Of a DNA stretch of 64,000 bases, positions 1 to 11,634 are shown piece after piece (the stretch's first letter is position 1; each line of letters starts with the position of its first letter). The notes beneath the pieces were generated by a model. That model was not told the origin of the DNA. It saw only the letters and a program-made list of their open reading frames with translations, and did no database searches. This DNA comes from Squalus acanthias. Taxonomy: Eukaryota. The stretch spans positions 79,858,001 through 79,922,000 of the forward strand of contig CM059432.1 in the NCBI GenBank assembly GCA_030390025.1. Reading direction: 5' to 3'. A program made the position numbers and the translations under genes.

Positions 1-170
1 CCCATAAACTTTCTTAACTACCTGATCAACTTGCCCTGCCACCTTCAAGAACTTGTGAAAATGCACCCCCAGGTCCCTTTGCTCTTCCCCCACCCCCCAC
101 CTCAAAATAATACCATTTAGATTATACTGTCTCTCCATGTTTCTCCCAAAGTGCATCACTTCACACTTTA
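1..170 (-). mobile_element. CR1 LINE ORF2 fragment
   Basis: gtgcatcacttcacactt is the reverse complement of KCEVMH-coding sequence seen in the other CR1 copies. Confidence 0.65.
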
Positions 171-240
171 GATTAAAATTGGGGATGTGCAAGAGGCCAG
201 AAATGGAGGAGTGCAGAGATCTAAAAGGGTTGTAGGGCTT

Positions 241-1136
241 ATCAATTGTAAATGACTTAAGTGAAGGAATAGAGATGCATATATCCAAGTTTGCTGATGA
301 TTCTAAATTAGGTGGTACAATAAGTAGTGTAGATTGGAGCAGAAAGTTGCAAAGGGACATTGCTTGATTAAGTGAGTGGACAAAACTGATAAATGGAGCT
401 CAAAGTGGGGGTCATCCACTTTGAACCAAGAAAGATAGAGCACAGTATTTTCTAAATGATAAAAAGCTAGGAACTGTGGAGGAGCAGTGAGATTTAGCGG
501 TCCATCTACAGAAATCACAGCTAGTGGACAGGTACAAAAATAATTTAAAAGGCTAATGGAATGTTGGTCTTTATCTCACGGGGGCTGGAATATAAAGGGG
601 TGGAAGTTATGCTACAGTTGTGTAAAGCCCTAGTTAGACCGCATCTGGAGTACTATGTTCAGTTCTGGACACTGTACCTCAGGAAGGATGTGGCCTTGGA
701 GGGGGTGCAGTGCATATTCACCAGAATGATACCAGGGTAAAAAGGGTTAAATTATGAAGACGGTTTGCATAGACTAGGCTTGTATTTCCTTGCGTATAGA
801 AGATTAAGGGGTGATTCAAGATGATTAAAGGTATTGATAGGTAGATAGAAAGAAACTATTTCCTCTGGTGGGGGAGTCTAGAACAAGGGGACATGACCTT
901 AAAATTAGAGCTATATCATTCAGGGATGCTGTCACTGAGCACTTCACACAAAGGATAGTGGAAATCTGGGACTCAAAAAGCTGTTGAGGCTAGGTTAATT
1001 GAAAAATTCAAAACTGAGTGATAATTTTTTGTAAGGTAAGGGTATGAAGGGATATGGAGCAAAGATACAGATGATCAGTGATCTAATTGAATGGTGGAAC
1101 AGGCTCGAGGGGCTGAATGGCCTACTCCTGTTCCTA
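241..1136 (+). mobile_element. CR1 LINE 3' fragment (degenerate RT C-terminus and 3'UTR)
   Basis: SKFADD, RPHLEY motifs; 3' end ggctcgaggggctgaatggcctactcctgttccta. Confidence 0.88.
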
Positions 1137-1139
1137 GAA

Positions 1140-2000
1140 CTATAACCTCTTATGCCTGGTATCATTCTAGAGAATGTTTACTGTACCCTCTCCATTGCTT
1201 TTTAATGGGGTGCCTAGAACTGCACACCGTACTCCAACCGTGGCCTAACCAATATCTTGCACAAACTTAACACTTACTTGCTTTCAATGCCTTTATGCAT
1301 AAAATCCAGAAATCCATTTACCCTTTTTTTGATGGATAGATATCCATATACCTTTAGATCTGTTTCTCCACTCAATTAAGAATCTTACTATTTAGGGTAT
1401 ACTTCCTTTCCTTGTTATTTCTCCCAAAATGCGCTACGTTACATTTCTCTGCATTGAGCTGCATCCCCCACTTATGTACCCATTCTGCTAACCGATATAC
1501 TCCTGTAAACGCTTGTATTCTTTGCTACAACCACAAATTTGTCATCAGTAAATTTTGACATCATTCTTCCTGTGACCGTCCAAATATTTCTACAAATGGA
1601 ATACAAGAGGTCCTAGCACTACTCACATTCTGCCAATTTGAAAAATAGCCATTTACCCCAACTCTCTATTTTCTGTCCGCTAGCCATCTCACTATCCGTG
1701 TGCCTACATTCTTCAATAATACCATATGCCTTAATTTTCCTAACCAGTCTCTAATTCAATGTGTACCATGTTCTCTTATCTATACTCAGAAAATTCAATT
1801 AGTCAAACATGACCTGCCCTTTATGAATCCATGCTGACTGCTCCTAATTAGCCCATGCCTTTTAAGTGTTCACTAATTTTATCCCCTATGGACTTTAGAC
1901 GTTTACCCAGAACGAAGGTAAAACTAACTGACTTATTTCCTGGCTTATCCCTTGTCTCTTTGTTGAATAGGTTCTGTCACATATGCCACCCTCCAGTCCT
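1140..2000 (-). mobile_element. Old CR1 LINE ORF2 fragment
   Basis: Antisense ORF2 motifs such as ccgtactccaaccgtggcctaacc and atccatgctgact. Confidence 0.7.
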
Positions 2001-2085
2001 TTAGCACAATTCCCATTTCCAAATATTGGCTTATTACTTCCACTACTCTTCATGGTCTGGTGCTTGGGCTTGCGGGTATTAGGAA

Positions 2086-2171
2086 TGGCTGATCATTCCT
2101 TTGGGATCAATCTAATTATATGTTCAGTGGCTGGTCATTCTTTTGGGATTAATCTAATTATATGTTCAGTG
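2086..2171. repeat. 42-bp tandem duplication (2 copies)
   Basis: tggctgatcattcctttgggatcaatctaattatatgttcag repeated with 3 substitutions. Confidence 0.9.
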
Positions 2172-3394
2172 CCAGCCCCCAGGTTGGATTGAGCTTCCTG
2201 CCATGGGTTTTCTGTGGGGAAAATCTGATGCAGCTGCAACTCTTGCAGGAATATAGCTGCAATTTAAAGTTTATAACTGTTTTCTTTCTGCAGTACTAGT
2301 TGCTGAAGAATGGTGCTACAATTACAAAAACTCCCATTTACTGATGTAACTGTGGAGTTGCTTCATTAGATGGGGAAAAGAAGAGCTGCCCTGTTTAGAA
2401 CTGAACATCTGGACTGCGAGAAAAGGCACAGAGATGAGGTGGTGTCCAACGTTAAGCATCTGGGAGTTCAAGTTTTTTAGTATCAGGAACTCTTCCAAGG
2501 TTAAGGCAAAGTATTGCACATCCCAAAGGGTTTCCTCTCAATCTGTTGCATTTTGACTGAGCCCACATGCAAAGCACAGCCAACCCTAAAGTTCTTTCAT
2601 AACTTCACATGTGCCCACAATGCAGCAGAGTAAACTTTAATTGACATTTAAAACAAGAACTATTGTCACATTATCTCTAAAGGTGAAACCACAAAGCAAG
2701 CTTCCAACAAAATCTAGCTACAGTGCATATTTATTCATACAAATCTGCATTTGAGAGCTATTCAATTTTAAACCCTTGTGTTTTTGAAGAGCACATCCTG
2801 AATCCTTTGGTCAGGCAGGATTCTCTTAAAATGAAAGACTCATAACTGCTGCCTGCTATTGAGCATTCTACCTGTGCTGTTGATGAATGAGCATCTATGT
2901 TCAGAATGTTGCATCTCATACCCTCAATTTTCAGGTGGGCTATTTTCTTCTTGCCCCATTTCTGGTTAGCAGTGTGGTCAGTACTCTGACCATTCCTCTC
3001 TTTCTTCTAAGCTCAAAACACATTTTTTCCTCCCTTTCTCTTTTCCATAGTTTTAGATCCTGAGAAGGAATGGGTACTCATCGCCTTCTGTCTTTTCCTT
3101 CAGGCTTTTAAAACCCCATAATGGTGTCACTGCTTTGCCTCATTATCTTCTTTTACTCTTTTGGATCTTAGTGGACTATTCTTGACCTAACTTGATTTTT
3201 GACTTAAAAAAATTGATGATGCCAACAGTTATTATTTGGAGCACCTGGTTAGTGTGTCAGAGTATGCCAAGAAGAATTAGCATGAACCAGGCACTCCTTT
3301 TCTGCTCTTCGGCCCCTGTTCCCCTGGTGGCTCCCCAACTCCTACTGAAGTAGACCAAACCAGGGTTTCCTTCAAGAGGAGTAATCCCAGTCAT

Positions 3395-3560
3395 ATACAG
3401 TGGTGGGGACCAAAAATAATGGCTTCGGTCTTCCCAATATTTAATTGGAGAAAATTCCTGCTCATCCAGTACTGGATGTCAGATATGCAGTCTGACAATT
3501 TAGAGAAGTGGTGGTGAGGTGGAGCTGGGTGTCGTCAGTGTGCAGGTGGAAACTGACGCT
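3395..3560 (-). mobile_element. L2 LINE fragment
   Basis: Nearly the same sequence as 49260-49365 (ggcttcggtcttcccaatatttaattggagaaaa). Confidence 0.75.
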
Positions 3561-5019
3561 TATGTCAAAAGTGCTGAACATTAACCAGAATGCAATTATT
3601 GTTATTGTAAAAATTCACAATTTTTGAGAAGAACAGGCTCCTAACCTACGAGTTAAAATGAACAAGTTTCCTGAAAGATGAGGTCAGAAATGTTCAGTTT
3701 GATTGGCAAATATGTGGAACGGACTTGAGCAAAAGCTGTTGATGCTGTATGACTTAATCTTTGTCAAAAAGAGAGATGGATAAGCACATGGTTGGGATCA
3801 GCATCGGAGGTTCCTGTGATAAGTGTAACTGAGATGATCGAATGGTCCATAGGACATGATGATTCCTGTGTTTTGGGGTCAGGAAAGGGAATATTCTGGA
3901 GTACAGCAATGCTAGAACTGAATATTAGAGATGTGTAAACATTCCCAAGTTTTGTTTGAATACCAATGGGGATCAGGGAATACTTATGCAGAACTTTCCG
4001 CAGGAGATTAAACAATTGAAACAGAATCCATGATAGATTGCACTTAAACTGTGGAAGGATTAGCTGAACAGGCTTATCTCATTCAATTTCTCAAGTTCTA
4101 AAAATGGCACTGTATACTGTAATAGAAAGTATACTGCATCATTTTTAAACCTACCGTGTCAATTTCCATTTTGATGGTGGTTGAATCAGAATAGAGGGGA
4201 GTTACCAATAGGATGGTACAGCTGCAGGGTTCAGAAGGGTCACCTTACTGCTCTCCTGGTTTCCTATTTTGGATCACATGTCCAAGCATATATGAGCTGC
4301 TTTAACTAGCCCTCACTTCAAAAAAAAAAGTTTGCTTTTTGTGATTAGCCATTTGCTTTCGTCTTCCTTTGGGATCGTACCTTGAACAGCTTTGTAGTTA
4401 GTATTTCTTGAAATTTTACACTTTTTTAAAACAGCTTTTCCTTGAAGATCTTCAAGAACACCTGAAATTCAAAATGCAGTGCACTTATATAGTAATACTC
4501 AGCTGTATATCTTTGGAACTATCTCAATCTGCACAATACAGTATCATCCACCACAGGAAATGCATTATCTCTCACAGGGCATTGGACGACCTGGCAATAG
4601 ACTACAGCTGAGCGACTTGCTGACCAGTAAGTTGTATCTAGTAATATGCAGGTTAAGAACTCTTGGTTGCTTTGTGTTCTGACATTGCAGAGGTGTTTGT
4701 TAATGTTTCCTATGTTTAGTACTTCTAATGAAATCTTAAGCATGTTCTTTTAGATGGCTAGCATTTTAATGAAAGTGAGAGTTTACACCACCATTCTTTT
4801 TTCCTGTTATGGAAGTATATTTAAGTATCTGAACATTTTAGGTGGCAATAGCAATCATCACTTTAATCAGAATAGAACTTGGGTGTCATTAAAAATTCTC
4901 ATATTCATTGCAGTGGTGATGACTAGGCCCACTTATAGAATTATCAACCATATTAAATTTTGACATTACATATTAAGGCCAATCATGTATTAGGGATATA
5001 TTTTTGGCTTTTTAATTTT

Positions 5020-6097
5020 TTTATTCATTCATGGGAAGTGGGCGTCGCTGGCAAGGCCAGCTTTTTTTTAATCCCATCCCTAATTGCCCTTGAACTTGGT
5101 GGGAGATCCGCCTTCTTGAACCCCTGCAGTCTGTGTGGTACTCCCATAGTGCTGTTAGGTAAGGAGTTCCAGGATTTTGACCCAACGACGATGAAGGAAC
5201 AGTGATATATTTCCAAGTCAGGATGGTGTGTGACTTGGAGGGGAACTTGCAGGTGGTGGTGTTTCCATAAGCCTGTTGCCCTTGTCCTTCCTGGTGGTAG
5301 AGGTTGTGGGTTTGGGAGGTGCTGTTGAGTTGCTGCAGTGCATCTTGTAGATGGTATACATTGCAGCCACAGTACACCGGTGGTGGAGGGAGTGAATCTT
5401 TAAGGTGGTGGATGAGGTGCCGATCAAGCAAGCTGCTTTGTCCTGGATGGTGTCGAACTTCGAGTGTTGTTGGAGCTGCACTCATCCAGGCAAGTGGAGA
5501 ATATTCCATCACGCGCTCCGTCTTGTGCCTTGTAGATGGTGGAAAGGCTTCAGGGAGTCAGGAAGTGACTCATTCACTGCAGAATACCCAGCCTCTGACC
5601 TGCTTGTGTAGCCATAGTATTTATGTGGCTGGTTCTATTAAGTTTCTGGTCAATGGTGACTCCCAGGATGTTAATGGCAGAGGATTCAAATTGAATTGAA
5701 TGTCAAGGGGAGGTGGTTAGACACTTTATTGTTGGAGATAGTCATTGCCTGGCACTTATGTGGTATGAATATTACTTGCCACTTATCAGCCCAAGCCTGA
5801 ATGCTGTCCAGGTCTTGCTGCATGTGGGCACAGATTGCTTCATTATCTGAAGAATTGCAAATGGAACTGAACACTGTGCAAACATCCCCACTGCTGACCT
5901 TGTGATGGAGGGAAGGTCATTGATGAAGCAGCTGAAGATGTTTGGACCTAGGACACTGCCCTCAGGAACTCCTGCAGCAAGGTTCTGGGGCTGCAATGAT
6001 TGGCTTCCAACATCCCCAACCATCATCCTTTATGCTAGGTATGACTAGCCAGTGGAGAATTTTCCCCCTCGATTCCCACTGACTTCAATTTTAGTAG
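5020..6097 (-). mobile_element. CR1-group LINE, second family (Zenon-like), 3' fragment
   Basis: GVPEGSVLGP..FINDL, MEYSPLAWMSAAPTTL, DTIQDKAACLIG; same family as 44262-47395. Confidence 0.8.
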
Positions 6098-8690
6098 GGC
6101 TAATATGATTTTGTAAGTGCCCTGTTACCACTTCCTTAATAATGGATTCCAGCATTTTCCCAACAACTGAAGTCAGGCTAACTGTTCCCCTGTATTTCCT
6201 CGCAACATTATAAGCCTCCTCTTGTAATCTAATACTATCCTTAACTTCTTTAGTTAACCACAGGTGTATCACTTTTTCCGTAGAGCTTCTATTTCTCAAT
6301 GGAATGTATATTCGTTGAGAATTTTGGAATATTTCTTTAAATGTTGCAACTGCTTATCTACCATCATACCTTTTAATCTAATTTCCCAATCTACCTCAGC
6401 TAACTCGCCCCCTATGTAATTGGCTTTATTTAAGTTTAAGACTCTAGTTTCAGACCAATGCAATGTGAAATTCTATCATATTATGATCACTCTTCCCAGA
6501 GGATCCTTTACTATGAGATTACTAATTAAGCCTGTCTCATTACACAATACAAGATCTAAAATAGCCTTTTCCCTGGTTGGTTCGATGACTTATTGTTCTA
6601 GGAAACTGTCTCGAATGCATTCCATGAACTCGTCCTCCAGACTACCTTTGCCAATTTGATTTGTCCAGTCTATATGAAGATTAAAGTCCCCCATGGTTAT
6701 TGTATTACCTTTATTACAAGCTCCTGTTATTTGTTGATTAGTACTCTGTCCAAAGATATAGCTACTGTTTGGGGGCCTATAAACTACTCCCACATTGTTA
6801 TTTCTTATCTCCACCAATAATGATTCTACTTCATCTTCCGAGCCAAGATTTTTCTCACTACTGTTCTTATGTTATCCTTTATTAGGAGGGCTACCTCCCT
6901 CCTTTTCCATTTTGCTTGTCTTTTCTAAACATCAAGTACCCTGGAATATTTAGTTCCAAACCTTGGTCACCTTGCAACCATGTCTCTGTAATGGCTATTA
7001 GATCAAATTGCTGGATTTGTATTTGTATTCCTGGCCCCGAGCTCCACTCCCAAAACAAGCGCTCTACTCGGAGCTCCGACACGGCAAGAGAGCCCCAGCT
7101 GGGCAGAGGAAACGCTACAAGGACACCCTCAAAGCCTCCTTGAAAAAGTGCAACATCCCCACCGACACCTGGGAATCCCTGGCCCAAGACCGCACAAAGT
7201 GGAGGAGAAGCATCCGGGAAGGCGCCGAACACCTCGCGTCTCTTCGCCGGGAGCAAGCGGAGAACAAGCGCAAGCAGCGCAGCCCGCCCACCCCTTCAAC
7301 CACTGTCTGCCCCACCTGTGATAGAGACTGCAGGTCCCGCATTGAACTCATCAGTCACCTGAGAACTCATTTTTAATATGGAAGCAAGTCATCCTTGGTT
7401 CCGAGGGATTGCCTAAGATTAGATCAAAGCTATTTATCTCTATTTGTGCCAATGCTTTGTGCATTCAAATAAAGAGCCTTTAATTTTAACTTTTTACCAT
7501 TATTCCCTGCTTTCACCTTATTCGCTGATGCACTTTTACCGTTAAACTCTCTGTCCCTTCCTGTTACATTGTGCTTATCTTTACCCAATTCGCTACACTG
7601 CTTCTTTGCCTTGACTTTTCACTTTAGATTTCTAAATTTCCCCTCACCTTTTTAGTTTAAAGCCCCATCTACAGCACTAGTTATTTGATTCGCCAAGACA
7701 CTGGTCCCAGCCCGGTTTATGTGGAGCCCGTCCCAACGGAACAGCTCCCTCTTTCCCCAGCACTGGTGCCAGTGCCCCATGAATCGAATCCCCTTCCTCC
7801 CACACCACTCTTTGAGCCATGCATTTTACTCTCTGATCTGCTTGTCCCTATGCCAATTTGTGCGTGCCTCAGGTAACAATCCAGGAGATTATTACCTTTG
7901 AGGTTCTGCGTTTTAATTTGGATCCTAGCTCCTCAAACTCTCTCAGCAGAACCTCACTCCTAATTCTACCTATGTCGTTGGTTCCAACTTGGCCCACGAC
8001 AACTGGATTCTCCCCCTCCCACTCCTAATTCTTTTCCAGCCGCAAGGAGATATCCTTAACCCTGGCACCAGACAGGCAACACAGCCTTTGAAACTCCCAG
8101 TCGCGGCTGCAGAGAACAGTATCTATCCCCCTGACTATACTGTCCCCTACCACATTCCTTTTCGCTCCTCCCACTTGAATGGTCTCCTATCCACGGTGCC
8201 GTGGTCAGTTTGCTCATCGACCCTGCAGACTTTGCCCTCATCCACACAGGCAGCAAGAACCTCATACCTGTTGGATAAGGGCAAAGGGCCAAGGCCAAGG
8301 TTCCTCCAGCACTGCACCTGGGGACCCCTTATCCGAGTTGCAGTCACACCCTCCTGTTCCTGACCACTAACCAGACCTCTACCACTACCTAACCTAAAGG
8401 GTGTGACTGTCTCCTGGATCAAAGTGTCCAGATAACTCTCCCCCTCCCTGATGCCCCACAATGTCTGCACCTCGGACTCTAGCTCAACAATTCTGTGCTG
8501 AAGTTCCTTGAGATGCAGACACTTACTGCAGACGTGGTCGTCTGGGACCGTGATGCTCTGCACAAGCTCCCACATGCTGCAATTGCAGCACACCACCTGC
8601 ACTGCCATCCCTATATAATCTTGTTTTAGTTATTTAATTAATTAAAGTTTATGTATTTCTATAGGTTAGTTTTTAACTAATTACTAAATC
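6098..8690 (-). mobile_element. CR1 LINE with ORF1 and internally deleted ORF2; host of the RTE and Penelope insertions (5'UTR probably resumes at ~10166-10400)
   Basis: ORF1 N-terminus 8147-8608 (CCNCSMWE..C..C..L, PLSNRY) homologous to ORF1 at 58847; endonuclease motifs ITETWL, VVYRPP, GDFN at 6590-7000. Confidence 0.87.
7008..7417 (+). mobile_element. RTE-clade LINE 3' fragment with 11-bp TSD
   Basis: LPKQALYSEL..G.R..GQRKRYKDTLK..L...WESLAQDR..WR and C-terminal CPTC..HLRTH; TSD attagatcaaa at 6997-7007 and 7418-7428. Confidence 0.9.
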
Positions 8691-8782
8691 TAGTTTAAGT
8701 TATGATGTGGAGATGCCGGCGTTGGACTGGGGTGGACAAAAATGAGAAGTCGCACAACACCAGGTTATAGTCCAACAGATTT

Positions 8783-8833
8783 ATTTAATTTTACAAGCTT
8801 TCGGAACAGTTCGCTCCTTCGTCAGGTAAGTTA
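8783..8833 (-). ncRNA. Minimal hammerhead-ribozyme-like motif (left arm, mirror copy)
   Basis: Exact reverse complement of 10060-10110; CTGACGA at 8825-8819, GAAA at 8802-8799. Confidence 0.65.
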
Positions 8834-9411
8834 GCAGTGAGAGAATCTCCCAGAATTCACAATTTAAACACAGACAAAATATATTCAAATCTTTCCTACA
8901 TCAAAGAGCACAGCCAAGACAATGAGATGTGTCCCAGGGGGTCCAACGTGTCAAACCACCTGCTGGCTGCATATCCTGTCAATCTGTGTAGGTTCTTGTG
9001 TTAGTCTTTTTTTAAAAAAAACACCTGGGAAGACCGGCCATGATGTCAAGTCACGTTCTGTATCGTGACATGAACCCGATATCGCGATTGAGGCCATCCT
9101 CATGAGTGCGGAACTTGGCTATCAGTTTCTGCTCTATGATTTTGCGCTGTCGTGTATCTCGAAGGCCGCCTTGGAGAACGCTTACCCGCATATCCGAGGC
9201 TGAATGCCCCTGGCTGCTGAAGTGTTCCCCGACTGGGAGGCAACCCTCCTGCCTGGCGATTGTTGCGTGGTGTCCGTTCATACGTTGTCTCAGTGTCTGC
9301 ATGGTCTCGCCGATGTACCATGCTCTGGAGCATCCTTTACTGCAACGTATCAGGTAGACAACGTTGGCCGAGTCACATGAGTATGTACCGTGTACCTGGT
9401 GGGTAGTGTCC

Positions 9412-9842
9412 CACAACCCTGCCACGGCAACCTCTGCAAGACATGCCAAATCATGGACACAGATACCATCATCACACGTGAGGACACTACCCACCAGGTA
9501 CACGGTACATACTCATGTGACTCGGCCAACGTTGTCTACCTGATACGTTGCAGTAAAGGATGCTCCAGAGCATGGTACATCGGCGAGACCATGCAGACAC
9601 TGAGACAACGTATGAACGGACACCGCGCAACAATCGGCAGGCAGGAGGGTTGCCTCCCAGTCGGGGAACACTTCAGCAGCCAGGGGCATTCAGCCTCGGA
9701 TATGCGGGTAAGCGTTCTCCAAGGCGGCCTTCGAGATACACGACAGCGCAAAATCATAGAGCAGAAACTGATAGCCAAGTTCCGCACTCATGAGGATGGC
9801 CTCAATCGCGATATCGGGTTCATGTCACGATACAGAACGTGA
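9412..9842 (+). pseudogene. Penelope GIY-YIG endonuclease domain, open frame, 5'-truncated (no RT)
   Basis: QPCHGNLCKTC...CDSANVVYLIRCSKGCSRAWYIGETMQTLRQRMNGH...EQKLI.KF.T..DGLN; mirror copy on the minus strand at 9051-9411. Confidence 0.88.
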
Positions 9843-10059
9843 CTTGACATCATGGCCGGTCTTCCCAGGTGTTTTTTTTAAAAAAAGACTAACACAAGAA
9901 CCTACACAGATTGACAGGATATGCAGCCAGCAGGTGGTTTGACACGTTGGACCCCCTGGGACACATCTCATTGTCTTGGCTGTGCTCTTTGATGTAGGAA
10001 AGATTTGAATATATTTTGTCTGTGTTTAAATTGTGAATTCTGGGAGATTCTCTCACTGC

Positions 10060-10110
10060 TAACTTACCTGACGAAGGAGCGAACTGTTCCGAAAGCTTGT
10101 AAAATTAAAT
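10060..10110 (+). ncRNA. Minimal hammerhead-ribozyme-like motif in Penelope 3' region (right arm)
   Basis: CTGACGA (10068-10074), stem II GGAGCG/TGTTCC, GAAA (10091-10094), then palindromic AAGCTT in place of stem III. Confidence 0.65.
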
Positions 10111-10911
10111 AAATCTGTTGGACTATAACCTGGTGTTGTGCGACTTCTCATTTTAGTTTAAGTTACAGGCAGATGAAATTAAATATTTAAGTAACACAAA
10201 GCACTACAAATTTTGGAGGCAAAATACCCCTTTGCTCCAAATTTCCACTCGCTCCAAATTCCCAGCTTTAACACTCTGTTTAGAAGCACTCCGTTTATGA
10301 TCACTCTGTGCAGACCACTGTACTCCTTATTGTTCCAACTTTAAAAGAGGTTAATTTGATGTGGTGACTGACTGCAGCACAGACAAACCCTCGCAATTTT
10401 CTGCTAATTATGACAACTTTCAACTCTCTACTGCACACTTAAAAATGACATTTCACCCAAGAATTCCTTGAAGTAGTCTAGGAAACCTGCTAGATAAGGT
10501 TGCGTATTAACATTACCAACCCAATGCTTCAGTGCAGAGCCAATCTTTGGCAATGTGATGGTGCTTAGATGGAAATCTGCCTTTATACAATATTTAAAAA
10601 AAAAACTTTACATAGAGCCTATATTGGTCACCAACATATTTACTACATGACATATGGTGAATTGTCAGACTGCTAGAAAAACACTTTTATGCACACAAGT
10701 TCAGAGAGAAACATCAGTGCATACCCATTGACCTGCAAACTGACCCAGTTTTCCCTTTGCAGCATTGAGCAGGGGCAAATGCAAAAGGCTGAAAACCAGG
10801 TCTTTCACTGCATTTGTCCATGGCGAAGTGGGACTAGAGCAATTGAGCCATCATCACAAAAATTTGAAGAGAATCAATACAACTTCTTTATCACAGTATT
10901 ATCTCATTTAC

Positions 10912-11400
10912 GGTCAAGTGCACTCACTCTCACCTCACCTCTGGAATTCAGCTTTTTTGTTATTGGTGAGCAAGTGCCACTCGATAGCACGGTCAATGAC
11001 ATTTTCCATCACTTTGCTGAAGATTGAGAGTAGGCTGGATTGGATTTGTCCTGCTTTTTGTAGACAGGACATACCTGGGCAATTTTCCACTTTGTCGGGT
11101 AGATGCCAGTGTTTTAGCTGTTACTGAAACAGCTTGGTTAAGTGGGATGTTGTTGGGGCCCATAGCTTTTGCTGTATTCAGTGCACTGAGCCGTTTCTTA
11201 ATATCACGTGGAGTGAATCGAATTGGCTGAAGACCAGCTTCTGTGATGGTGGGGACCTCAGCAGGAGGCCAAGATGGATCATCCACTTGGTGCTTCTGGC
11301 TGAAGATGGTTGCAAATGCTTCAGCCTTGTCTTTTGCACTCGTGCTGGGCTCCGCCATCGTTGAGGATGGGGATGTTCATGGAACCTTCTCCTCCCGTTA
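10912..11400 (-). mobile_element. CR1-group (Zenon-like) LINE fragment with internal deletions
   Basis: AKDKAEAFATIF, AKAMGPNNIP; collinear with parts of 45410-46030. Confidence 0.8.
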
Positions 11401-11634
11401 ACAGCCCCTATTAGGTCTGTTACACATGTATACACATACATATTGAAAAGAGCATTAGAATTATGAACCCTTTTAGGTCCCACTGGAAATGTTCAAGCTA
11501 TTTCCTTAATCCCACAAAATAAAATGACAGCAAGTCAGATGAATTGTTGCTTCAGGTGGTAACTAAACTTTGGCTGCTTAAAATTCTGCAAACAAAAGAT
11601 CAGGATACTGGTAATCAAAGTGGGACTGCACTGG

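Larger units (their letters stand above)
8703..10153. mobile_element. Penelope-like element, head-to-head inverted duplication of the GIY-YIG and 3' region, 12-bp TSD
   Basis: Arms 8739-9411 and 9482-10154 are reverse complements (2 mismatches seen); TSD tagtttaagtta at 8691-8702 and 10154-10165; NVVYLIRC..YIGET..R..H..HF..E..GLN motifs. Confidence 0.93.

Noticed and set aside
2086..2171. Direct repeat resembling a CRISPR repeat
   Set aside because: Two adjacent units with no spacer in eukaryotic DNA; a simple tandem duplication.
9051..9842. Two divergent 150-aa GIY-YIG ORFs as a novel nuclease gene pair
   Set aside because: Both are 5'-truncated Penelope endonuclease copies. Their N-termini are artefacts of reading across the inversion junction from GTG codons.
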